The notes under the pieces are model-generated. The model searched no databases. It was not told the DNA's origin and worked only from the letters and a program-made list of their open reading frames with translations. Shown one piece after another: positions 1-7,265 of a stretch of 37,921 bases of DNA. Made by a program: the position numbers and the translations under genes. Position 1 is the stretch's first letter; every line of letters begins with the position of its first letter. The stretch is from positions 1-37,921 of the forward strand of contig JBGQHJ010000030.1 in assembly GCA_041497895.1 (NCBI GenBank), read 5' to 3'. Origin of the DNA: Candidatus Methylomirabilia bacterium. GTDB lineage: Bacteria; Methylomirabilota; Methylomirabilia; Rokubacteriales; CSP1-6.

Positions 1-2373
1 CAGCGCGGTCGAGTAGAGATCGTCGGGATCCGCGTCGACCGGCACCAGGTACTTGGACAGACCGTCCCGCTCGACCCCGCGCTGGTCGACCTCGGAAGCC
101 CCGTGGCCCGCGAAGTAGATCACCACCAGGTCGTTCTTGTGTGCCGAGCGCGCCAGGAACGTGCCGAGCGCCCACTTGATGTTGCGCAGGGTGGGCTTGC
201 GCTCGGTCTTGTCGGTGAGCAGGAGGATGTTCTCCTTCTTGAACCCACCGGAGGTGATGAGGGTCTGGTACACCGCGTCCGCGTCGGCCACCGGGTAGCG
301 GAGCTTCGGCACCGCGGTGCTCTCGTAGCCGCCGACCCCGATGATCACCGCCCACTGCGTGGAGGGCGGCGGCGGAGCCGGCGCGGGGGCCGCCGCGGGC
401 GCCGCGGGCTTCGGCCGCTCCAGGATGACGGTCCGGATCTCCTGCCGCGCGGTGCCGTCGGGCTCGAGCGCGGTGATCACGATGGCGTTCGGGCCTTCGC
501 GCAGGGTCAGCGGCGCGCTGACCGCGACCGACCGCTGCAGGCTGCGCTCCTCCTGCCGATGCACCTCGGAGCCGTTGAGCGCGACGGTGATCCGGCTGAT
601 CCCCTTGCTCGACCGCGCGACCGCGGCCACCACGCTCGCCTCGTCGGTCACACGCGAACGGTCCTCGGGGTAGCGCACGTCGACCGTGAGCGGGACCGGC
701 TTCTCGAGGTAGACGGTGCGCATCTCCTGGTGCATGGTCCCGTCGGCCTCGGCCGCGGTGACCACCAGTGTGTTCTGACCCTCGACGAGCTTCACCGGCA
801 GGTTCACCGCCATCGCCGGCTGCTGCGAGCGGTTGTCCTGTCGCCAGAGCTCGACCCCGTTGGCGCTGACCAGCACCTGGCGCACCCCGGTGCCGCCGTG
901 GACGAGGCCGGCGAAGGTCACCATCTCCTGGTCCACGCGGGCCTGGTTCGTGGGCGTCGAGATCACGATGCGGAACGCCGGCGCCGGTGTTCCGGGAGGA
1001 AGGGCCGCGACGGCCGCCGGGGCGGCGGACGGAGTCGGCGGGCTGGGTTGACTAGCCCGGGCCGGCTCGGGTTGCGGCCGCGCCTGCCGGGGCGGCTCGG
1101 AGGCGGCCGGGGCGGGGGCCGAGGGAGCGGGACCGACGGCAGGCGCGGTCACGGCCGGGGCAGGCGCGCTCGGCGCGGACGTGCTCGGCGGCGCGCTCGC
1201 GACGGCCGGCGGCGGTGTAACGGGCGCGCTCGCGACCGGCGGCGGCGTGACCGGTGTGGTCGCGACCGGCGGCGGCGGTGTGACGGGTGTGATCGCCGTC
1301 GACGCGGGCGGCGTGCTCGGCGTGCGCGCGGCGGGTGGCGTCGGCGGGGCCGTCGCCGGGGGCGCGCTCGCGATCGCGGGCGGCGGGGCGACGACCGGCG
1401 GAGTCGGAGTCGCGGCCGGCGGCCGAGCGGGCGGCGCAGCGGGAACAGCAGGCACCCCCGCGGTCACGGCGGGCGCGGGCTTGTCGTAGAAGAGCACACG
1501 CCCTTGCTGGCGCATCGCGCCGGAGGAGTCGGTGGCGGTGACGATCAGGGTGTTCTCGCCCTCGACGAGCTTGAGCGGCATGCTCAGCGCCACGTCCTTG
1601 CCGGGCGTGCCCGGCTGCTCCTGCTCGGCGATCTCGGCGCCGTTCAGGGTCACGGCGATACGGAGCGGGCCCGCTCCGCCGGTCACCTTGCCGGTCAGGA
1701 TCACGCGGTCGGTCGCCACGTGACCCTTGTCCTTGGGGTCGATGAGGACGACGCCCAGCGGGGTCGGCCCGGGCCGGTCCAGCGCGATCGCCTGGAACGC
1801 GAGGCCGCCCAGGTCGCCGCCGTCGGCCCGCACGAGCTGCTGGACGGCCGGCGCGTACCAGAACGCGAGCTCGATCCGTCGCGACTGCGGGGAGGCGGCG
1901 AGGAAGCGCGGCTCCAGCACCTGCGCGATGCGGTACGCCTTGAAGACGCCGGCGGGCACGCGCACGTCCTCGTAGGCCTCGACGCGCCAGCTGAGCCGCA
2001 CGAGGCTCTGGCCGTACTGCGGGTCCGGGCTCTTGAGGGTGAGCCAGCTCACCCCCCACTGGCCCACCTCGAGCGGCCAGGTGAGCGCGGGCGGCGGCTC
2101 CAGCTCCAGCAAGGTCTTGCCGCCGCGGACGATCTTGGCCACGCCGAGGTCCCGGGTGAGGTGGACTTCCCGCCCGCCGTCGGCCGCGAAGACGTAGCGG
2201 GCGTTCTCGATCCGGATGAGGTCGTAGGCGCCGTCGCTCCTGATCCACCTGTCGCCGACCGCGTAGCTCGGCCGCTCGGCCCGGGGGGTCTGGGCCCAGG
2301 CGGGGGCGATGGCTCCCGCGAGGAGCACAAGGGTCAGGATCGCGCTCGGGATGGTGTCCTTACTCCGTTGCAT
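1..2373 (-). CDS. Exported caspase-family (peptidase C14) multidomain protein: signal peptide, beta-rich N-domain, three Ig-like repeats, Pro/Ala/Thr linker, caspase domain; 3' end outside the window
   Basis: Not in the ORF track. Manual translation is open from ATG 2373 (alternative in-frame ATG 2430 with GGAG) to base 1: MQRSKDTIPSAILTLVLLAGAIAPAWA|QTP... The C-terminal part QWAVIIGVGGYESTAVPKLRYPVADADAV...DLVVIYFAGHG...KYLVPVDADPDDLYSTAL matches the caspase/metacaspase fold, with the catalytic His codon at 103-105. Confidence 0.88.
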   Translation of the reverse strand, partial: MQRSKDTIPSAILTLVLLAGAIAPAWAQTPRAERPSYAVGDRWIRSDGAYDLIRIENARYVFAADGGREVHLTRDLGVAKIVRGGKTLLELEPPPALTWPLEVGQWGVSWLTLKSPDPQYGQSLVRLSWRVEAYEDVRVPAGVFKAYRIAQVLEPRFLAASPQSRRIELAFWYAPAVQQLVRADGGDLGGLAFQAIALDRPGPTPLGVVLIDPKDKGHVATDRVILTGKVTGGAGPLRIAVTLNGAEIAEQEQPGTPGKDVALSMPLKLVEGENTLIVTATDSSGAMRQQGRVLFYDKPAPAVTAGVPAVPAAPPARPPAATPTPPVVAPPPAIASAPPATAPPTPPAARTPSTPPASTAITPVTPPPPVATTPVTPPPVASAPVTPPPAVASAPPSTSAPSAPAPAVTAPAVGPAPSAPAPAASEPPRQARPQPEPARASQPSPPTPSAAPAAVAALPPGTPAPAFRIVISTPTNQARVDQEMVTFAGLVHGGTGVRQVLVSANGVELWRQDNRSQQPAMAVNLPVKLVEGQNTLVVTAAEADGTMHQEMRTVYLEKPVPLTVDVRYPEDRSRVTDEASVVAAVARSSKGISRITVALNGSEVHRQEERSLQRSVAVSAPLTLREGPNAIVITALEPDGTARQEIRTVILERPKPAAPAAAPAPAPPPPSTQWAVIIGVGGYESTAVPKLRYPVADADAVYQTLITSGGFKKENILLLTDKTERKPTLRNIKWALGTFLARSAHKNDLVVIYFAGHGASEVDQRGVERDGLSKYLVPVDADPDDLYSTAL
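1191..1296 (-). repeat. Imperfect 30-33 bp tandem repeats encoding PVTPPP(P/A)VA(S/T) units in the caspase-protein linker
   Basis: Linker translation reads ...AITPVTPPPPVATTPVTPPPVASAPVTPPPAVASAPP...; repeated tcgcgac(c)ggcggcgg units are visible on the + strand. Confidence 0.75.
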
Positions 2374-2450
2374 CCACAGCACGGGAATCGGGGTTGTCTC
2401 CGGTCTTCCTTGGCCGGTACGTGCACGCATGACGCTCCAGGTTGCATTAG

Positions 2451-2479
2451 AGACTAAGCCCATGCCGTCGGGGTGTCAA
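2451..2479 (-). promoter_or_regulatory. Sigma70-type promoter for the caspase-domain gene
   Basis: Minus strand reads TTGACA-N17-TAGTCT: perfect -35, canonical spacing, TAnnnT -10. Confidence 0.65.
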
Positions 2480-2502
2480 CGAACCGGAAAGGGGGAATAT
2501 CC

Positions 2503-2531
2503 TTGACTCGCCGGGGCTCCTGGACCAACGT
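2503..2531 (+). promoter_or_regulatory. Possible divergent sigma70-type promoter for the YVTN/FecR pair
   Basis: TTGACT-N17-CAACGT, with a weak -10. GGGAGGGAG SD precedes ATG 2570. Confidence 0.35.
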
Positions 2532-2569
2532 AAGGGGCGCTTTTCGAGGACCGCCCAGGGAGGGAGCCC

Positions 2570-3580
2570 ATGCACGTGATCCACACCGCCCGATCGATCC
2601 GGTTCGCGCTGGTCGCGGTCGCGCTCGCCGCGCTCGGCGGCTGCGCGGAGATGCAGGGCAAGGAGGCCGAGGAGCCCGAGCGCTCGCGCGTGTTCGTCGC
2701 CAACGAGAGCTCGAACACGATCACGGTGGTCGACGGCGACAACTTCCAGGTCGTCGGCACGGTGGACGCGCGCAATCACGCGACCCACGACCTGGCCGTC
2801 TCGCGCGACGGACGCTGGCTCTTCGCCACGAATCTCGCGTCGGGCCGGCTCTCCGCCATCAATACCCGCACGATGGAGACGGTCGCCTCGATCGCCACCG
2901 GCGATCGGGCGCACGTGGTCACGCTGACCAACGACAACCGCCAGGCGTGGGTGGCCAACATCGGGGAGAACACGATCTCGATCGTGGACACCACCACCTT
3001 CCGCATCCTCGGCACCATCGCGGTGGGCAAGGGGCCGACCGGGCTCACGTTCTCGCGCGACGGCCGCTTCGCTTACGTGAGCAACCAGGGCGACAAGACG
3101 GTGGAGGTGATCGACACCGCCTCGCATCGGGTGCTGAAGGCGATCCCGGTGGGGACGAACCCCCACTTCCTGGTGCTGGGCCCCGACGGCCGCATCTGGG
3201 GCACCAACACCGGGGGCACCGACATCTACGTGATCGATCCGGCCACTCAGGACAAGGTCGCCTCGATCAACGTGGGGCCGTCGCCGCAGCAGATCGCCTT
3301 CGGCTTCAAGGGCCTGCAGGGCCCGAACGCCTACGTCACGGTGGCGGGTCTGAACCGGGTGGTGGTGCTGAGCGCGGACCCGAGCAACCTGCGCATCCTC
3401 GAGCAGATCGACGTCGGTCAGCGGCCCAACGGCATCTCGGGCAACCGGGAAGGCACCCGGCTTTTCGTCGTCCACGAGGTGTCGAACGACCTCAAGGTCA
3501 TCGACACCGGCAGCAGCGCGGTGCTGGCCACGGTGCCGGTCGGACGCAAGCCGATCCGCGTCGTGTTCCACGGCAACTGA
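2570..3580 (+). CDS. YVTN/YncE-family 7-bladed beta-propeller lipoprotein
   Basis: Lipobox ALGG|C. Seven ~42-aa repeats: VFVANESSNTITVVD, LFATNLASGRLSAIN, AWVANIGENTISIVD, AYVSNQGDKTVEVID, IWGTNTGGTDIYVID, AYVTVAGLNRVVVLS, LFVVHEVSNDLKVID. Strong SD. Confidence 0.92.
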   Translation: MHVIHTARSIRFALVAVALAALGGCAEMQGKEAEEPERSRVFVANESSNTITVVDGDNFQVVGTVDARNHATHDLAVSRDGRWLFATNLASGRLSAINTRTMETVASIATGDRAHVVTLTNDNRQAWVANIGENTISIVDTTTFRILGTIAVGKGPTGLTFSRDGRFAYVSNQGDKTVEVIDTASHRVLKAIPVGTNPHFLVLGPDGRIWGTNTGGTDIYVIDPATQDKVASINVGPSPQQIAFGFKGLQGPNAYVTVAGLNRVVVLSADPSNLRILEQIDVGQRPNGISGNREGTRLFVVHEVSNDLKVIDTGSSAVLATVPVGRKPIRVVFHGN

Positions 3581-3588
3581 GGGGCGCC

Positions 3589-4233
3589 GTGAGATCTCGA
3601 CTCGGCGGTCTGGTCCTGGCGGTGGTCCTCGGCGCCACGCTCGCCGGACTGGCGGCCGCTCCGCGCTCGGCGCAGGCGCAGGGGCAGCCGGTGGGCACGG
3701 CCCAGAACGCGGTCGGCACCCTGGTCGTGGTGCGGACGGACGGGATCGAGCATCGGCTCCAGGGACGGGGCTCGCTCCCGCTCTTTGAGGGCGACGTGCT
3801 CCGCACCGAGCCCGCGAGCCAGGCCCTGATCCAGCTGCGGCCCGGCACGCCGGTGGCGCTCAACGAGAAGACCACGATCAAGATCCTCTCGCGATGGGAC
3901 AAGAACGCGGGGGCGTCCGGGATGATCCGCATCCTCCGGGTGAGCCGCGGAGAGGTCTGGGCCAAGGCGGGCTCGGGCGAGCGGCAGCTGGAAGTGGAGA
4001 CGCCGGTCTCGGTGGCGGCGGCGCGAGACGCCGAGTTCGACCTGAAGGTGGCCGAGGACGCCCAGAGCGCGCTGACCGTGGTTCAGGGGACGGTCGAGTT
4101 CGGCACACCCTTCGGGCAGTGCTCGGTCCGGAGCGGCACCGGAAGCGTCGGGGCGCGCGGGGCGGGGTGCACCGCGCCTCAGCCCGCCAACGCCGCGGCG
4201 ACGATCGGCTGGAAGCAGGCGGTGTCGCAGTGA
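3589..4233 (+). CDS. Secreted FecR-domain protein
   Basis: GTG 8 nt after the upstream stop; signal peptide ending AQA|Q. FecR-like pattern LFEGDVLRT...ALNEKTTIKI...RVSRGEVWAK...LEVETPVSVAAARDAEFDLKV...SALTVVQGTVEF. This is the 3' part of track ORF 2473..4233. Confidence 0.82.
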   Translation: MRSRLGGLVLAVVLGATLAGLAAAPRSAQAQGQPVGTAQNAVGTLVVVRTDGIEHRLQGRGSLPLFEGDVLRTEPASQALIQLRPGTPVALNEKTTIKILSRWDKNAGASGMIRILRVSRGEVWAKAGSGERQLEVETPVSVAAARDAEFDLKVAEDAQSALTVVQGTVEFGTPFGQCSVRSGTGSVGARGAGCTAPQPANAAATIGWKQAVSQ

Positions 4234-4246
4234 CCGGGGCGGGCGC

Positions 4247-4441
4247 TCAGCCGAAGATGAGATAGAGGGCGAAGCCGAGCAGCCCGAGCCAGACCATGAT
4301 CCCGATCGCGGCCGCCCGCTGGCCCTCGGCGGGCTTGCGCATCCGGCCGTGGCGGTGCCCGTAGCGCACGCTCGTCAGTGCCACCAGCACGAGCGCGCCA
4401 CCCAGGAGCAGCAGGTCGACGAAGCCGGCCCCGTCGCCCAT
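4247..4441 (-). CDS. Small two-TM membrane protein, unknown function (64 aa)
   Basis: Two hydrophobic helices flank a basic loop (RYGHRHGRMRK). A TAGACT hexamer lies just upstream of the ATG. Confidence 0.6.
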   Translation of the reverse strand: MGDGAGFVDLLLLGGALVLVALTSVRYGHRHGRMRKPAEGQRAAAIGIMVWLGLLGFALYLIFG

Positions 4442-4468
4442 CTTAAGTCTAGGGGAGCCGTCCGACCC

Positions 4469-4915
4469 TCACCGCGCCGGGACGGCGATCGGGGGACGCG
4501 CGACCTCCCGGACCGCATCGACGCGCGCGCCGCGCTCGAGCTGGTCGGCGTCGAAGATGGTCTCGCGCTGATCCTGGGATCGGACCACGTAGGCGGGGCC
4601 GACGCCGTCCGGGAAGCCGTGGGCGCGCTCGAGCCGCACGACCACCCCGAGCGCGACACCGTCCGACATCCGGCTCAGTGAATCCCCGGCCCGGAAGAAG
4701 AACGTCCAATCGCTCTGTCCCTTCGAGCGCGAGATTCGCTCGGGCGACGGGGCCAGGGCGGGGGCCGCCGCGGGCTCCGGCGCGACGGCCGCCTGCGGCG
4801 CCGATCGAGGCGCCGCGACCCGCGCCGAGCGGCCGAGGAGCACCGTGAGCGCGACGACCACGACCAGGAGGCCGATCAGCACGCCGCCCAGCAGCTGGAA
4901 CCGGAGCGAGGGCAT
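4469..4915 (-). CDS. Membrane-anchored hypothetical protein (TM, Ala/Pro linker, small beta domain)
   Basis: ATG 4915 gives MPSLRFQLLGGVLIGLLVVVVALTVLLG, then an AP-rich linker, then FFRAGDSLSRMSDGVALGVVVRLE...PAYVVRSQDQRETIFDADQLE. Confidence 0.65.
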   Translation of the reverse strand: MPSLRFQLLGGVLIGLLVVVVALTVLLGRSARVAAPRSAPQAAVAPEPAAAPALAPSPERISRSKGQSDWTFFFRAGDSLSRMSDGVALGVVVRLERAHGFPDGVGPAYVVRSQDQRETIFDADQLERGARVDAVREVARPPIAVPAR

Positions 4916-4996
4916 GCCGCTCGAGGGAGCAAGAAGAGGGCCAGCCCGGCGGCTAGCAAGGACGGACACTTGAGACGCACGCCTCCGGCGGCTCTC

Positions 4997-5009
4997 GCCA
5001 AGTCTTGGC
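4997..5009. promoter_or_regulatory. Perfect palindrome GCCAAG-T-CTTGGC in a divergent intergenic region; candidate activator/operator site
   Basis: 6-bp arms with a 1-nt spacer, about 75 bp upstream of a sigma54-like element. Confidence 0.4.
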
Positions 5010-5082
5010 ACCCGCCTGACAAGGTCTGGAGCCCGACGGGCTCTCGCCCCCTCAACTGGCTGATTTTCCGCGGGCGCCCGAC

Positions 5083-5098
5083 TGGCTCACCTCTTGCT
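5083..5098 (+). promoter_or_regulatory. Candidate sigma54 (-24/-12) promoter
   Basis: TGGCTCACCTCTTGCT has exact GG-N10-GC spacing and is close to the TGGCAC-N5-TTGCW consensus. Confidence 0.55.
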
Positions 5099-5111
5099 AC
5101 CTCGAGAGGGC

Positions 5112-5192
5112 ATGCTGCTGACCGCGGTCCTCACGGTGGTGTTCGTCGGAGTGAGCTCGGCGATGCTCTGGCTCGCCATCGGCGCGGACTAG
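5112..5192 (+). CDS. Putative 26-aa single-TM small protein MLLTAVLTVVFVGVSSAMLWLAIGAD
   Basis: Below the track length cut-off. ATG preceded by GAGAGGG, G/C-ending codons, uniformly hydrophobic, TAG stop. Confidence 0.45.
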   Translation: MLLTAVLTVVFVGVSSAMLWLAIGAD

Positions 5193-5214
5193 CGGACTAG
5201 AGGGAGAATCGGCC

Positions 5215-5451
5215 ATGGACATGCCGGTCGACGACAAGATCTCGCTGGACGCGGTGATGAAGCGCGGCGCGCTCGTGTGCGTCGTGGCACTCGGCGGAGT
5301 CGCGGTCGGGCTCGCGGTGTGGGCGCTCCGGCGCTGGCACGACGAGCGCGAGTACCAGTCGTGGCGGGCGTCGGTGAGCGCGGATCCGTATCGTCGCGAC
5401 CGCAACGGCTACCCGGTCGGCGCCCAGCTCGGCTTTTCCCGCTCGCGGTAG
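5215..5451 (+). CDS. Small single-TM protein, unknown function (78 aa)
   Basis: AGGGAGA SD; TM segment GALVCVVALGGVAVGLAVWAL followed by RRW and a charged tail. Confidence 0.65.
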   Translation: MDMPVDDKISLDAVMKRGALVCVVALGGVAVGLAVWALRRWHDEREYQSWRASVSADPYRRDRNGYPVGAQLGFSRSR

Positions 5452-5466
5452 CGCCCGTCGGCGCGC

Positions 5467-5490
5467 CGCCGCTCCCGCCCGGGAGCGGCG
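5467..5490 (+). terminator. GC-rich hairpin after the small-protein pair (possible terminator, no U-tract)
   Basis: CGCCGCTCCC-gccc-GGGAGCGGCG, a perfect 10-bp stem 15 nt after the stop at 5451. Confidence 0.45.
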
Positions 5491-5541
5491 ATCCCGCTCG
5501 TACCTCGCCTCTCCCACCTCTCGGGTCCGGGCGCGTGCCGC

Positions 5542-5550
5542 TGCTATACT
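5542..5550 (+). promoter_or_regulatory. Extended -10 promoter element upstream of the kinase-STAS/pel operon
   Basis: TGcTATACT (TGnTATAAT-like) about 40 nt upstream of the SD-preceded ATG 5590. Confidence 0.55.
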
Positions 5551-5589
5551 GAATCGCGCGAAGTGGAGCACCCAGATCGTGACGGGAGC

Positions 5590-6399
5590 ATGAGTCCGGC
5601 GGCATCCGGCCGCTTCTCCATGTCGAGCGAGGCCGAGGACCTCGCCCGCCTGCGCGCGTGGCTCCGCGAGGCCCTCACCGGACTGGGGGTGGATCGGCCG
5701 ACGCAGGCCGAGCTCGTCCTCGCGGTCGGTGAGCTGTGTGCCAACTCGATCGAGCACGCCTACGAGGGGCGGGCTGGACAGCCCATCAACGTCTCGGTGC
5801 TCGGTCACCCGGACCGGCTCGTCATCGAGGTGGAGGACTTCGGGCGCGCGTTCGATCCTGATCGGTACGTGGCCCCCGATCTCGAGTCGGTGCCGGACCA
5901 CGGTCTCGGCATCCACCTGGTGCACCGGATCGCGGATTCGGTCGCGATCGACGTCCGGCGCGAGCGCGGGACCCGATGGACACTGATCAAGTACCGGCCG
6001 GGCCTCCGCTCGGTCGGTGGCCCGATGGGCGGCGGCGCGTCGCCGTCCCGCTCAGGAGAGACCATGGACATCGAAGTGACGGGCTCGGCCGGGATCACGG
6101 TGGTCGCCCCTCGGGGCGACCTCGACATGGCGGCGGCCGACCAGATGAAACGGACGCTGACCAAGCTGCTGGACGACGGGAGCCGGAAACTGCTCGTCGA
6201 CCTGGGGCAGGTGGGCTACGTCGACAGCTCGGGCATGGGCGCGCTGGTCGCGTCGCTGAAGCACGCCCGGACCGTCGGCGGGGACCTGCGCCTGTGCGCC
6301 CTGCAGGACGACGTGCGCGCCATCTTCGAGATGACCCGGCTCAACCGAGCGGTCACGATTCACGGGACCCGCTCGGAAGCGCTCGGGGCGTGGGCCTGA
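5590..6399 (+). CDS. RsbW/SpoIIAB-type Ser kinase (HATPase_c) fused in frame to an RsbV/SpoIIAA-type STAS domain
   Basis: Kinase boxes ELCANSIEHAY, EVEDFGRAFDP and HGLGIHLV. The STAS part starts at internal ATG 6064 (SD CAGGAGAG) and has GDLD and the phosphoacceptor motif YVDSSGMGAL. No stop between the domains. GGGAG SD before ATG 5590; track start is GTG 5563. Confidence 0.9.
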   Translation: MSPAASGRFSMSSEAEDLARLRAWLREALTGLGVDRPTQAELVLAVGELCANSIEHAYEGRAGQPINVSVLGHPDRLVIEVEDFGRAFDPDRYVAPDLESVPDHGLGIHLVHRIADSVAIDVRRERGTRWTLIKYRPGLRSVGGPMGGGASPSRSGETMDIEVTGSAGITVVAPRGDLDMAAADQMKRTLTKLLDDGSRKLLVDLGQVGYVDSSGMGALVASLKHARTVGGDLRLCALQDDVRAIFEMTRLNRAVTIHGTRSEALGAWA

Positions 6400-7265
6400 C
6401 GCAGCGTCTGCTCGCCCTCGGCCTGGCCCTGGGGCTGGGCGGGGCGTCGGCGCCCGCGTCCGGGGTCGCCTCCCCGGTTCGGCCGCTGGCGGGGGTGCGC
6501 ACGTGGGTCGTCTACTACGGCGCGGCGCCGGAGGCGGCGCGGGACCTGGCGCGCTTCGACGTGGTGGTGCTCGATCCGCACGGCCATCCCCCGCTGGCCC
6601 TGGTCAAGCGTCACGGCTCGCTCGTGCTCACGTACGTGAGCCTGGGCGAGGTGAACACGCACCATCCGGAGTTCGCGGCGATCGCGGGTGAGCCGTGGGT
6701 GCTGGCCCCCAATCCGAGCTGGCCCGACGCCCGCGGCCTCGACGTGGGCGCGCCCGCCTACGAGCGCTGGCTGCTCGACCGGGTGGTGCCGGCCGCGCTC
6801 GCGGGCCCCGTCAACGGCCTCTTCCTCGACACCGCCGACGCCGCCCTGGAGCGCGAGCGTCTCGATCCCCGGCGCTACGCGGGCGCAGCCCGCGCGCTCG
6901 AGCGCGTGCTGACCGAGCTGAAGCGGCGGAATCCGCGGATGCTCCTCCTGCTCAACGGGGGCCTGCCGCTCGCGGAGCGCCTGCCCGGCGTCCTCGACGG
7001 GGTGGCGCTCGAGTCGGTGTGGACCGACTACGACTTCAAGGCGCGGGCCTACCGGGTGCGGCCCGCCGAGGAGGCGGAGGCGCGCGCGGCGCTCCTCGGC
7101 CGCGTCGCGGCGCTCGGGCTGCCGGTGTTCACGCTCGAGTACGCGCCGGGCGGCGGCGGCTCGGGGCCCGCGGACCTCATCCGCCGCGCGCGCGCGCGAG
7201 GCTTCGTCCCCTACGTGTCCACCATCGGGCTCGACCAGGTCTCCACCCACACGCTCGGCCCGTGA
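6390..7265 (+). CDS. pelA: PelA hydrolase-domain protein (GH114/GH166-like endo-alpha-1,4-polygalactosaminidase)
   Basis: GTG overlaps the STAS 3' end; Sec-like signal peptide. Motifs WVVYYG, FDVVVLDP, TYVSLGE, GLFLDTAD, LLLNGG, VALESV, VFTLEY, GFVPYVS. Lies at the head of a pel cluster. Confidence 0.85.
   Translation: MGLTQRLLALGLALGLGGASAPASGVASPVRPLAGVRTWVVYYGAAPEAARDLARFDVVVLDPHGHPPLALVKRHGSLVLTYVSLGEVNTHHPEFAAIAGEPWVLAPNPSWPDARGLDVGAPAYERWLLDRVVPAALAGPVNGLFLDTADAALERERLDPRRYAGAARALERVLTELKRRNPRMLLLLNGGLPLAERLPGVLDGVALESVWTDYDFKARAYRVRPAEEAEARAALLGRVAALGLPVFTLEYAPGGGGSGPADLIRRARARGFVPYVSTIGLDQVSTHTLGP

Noticed and set aside
1191..1296. Tandem repeats considered as a CRISPR array
   Set aside because: No unique spacers, imperfect units in multiples of 3 nt, inside a coding Pro-rich linker, and no cas genes.
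1..2373. Caspase gene as part of a gasdermin, CBASS or CRISPR anti-phage system
   Set aside because: It has an export signal and no gasdermin, NLR/STAND, cyclase or cas gene is visible. Genes left of the window cannot be assessed.
103..2457. 784-aa plus-strand ORF
   Set aside because: Antisense shadow of the caspase-domain gene; Arg/Gly-rich with no motifs, typical of high-GC DNA.
2374..2569. Possible c-di-GMP or other riboswitch in the divergent intergenic region (GGAAAGGGG segment, GGGCG...CGCCC hairpin)
   Set aside because: I could not fit the conserved riboswitch architecture by eye, and the space is explained by two promoters. An Rfam/Infernal scan would settle it.
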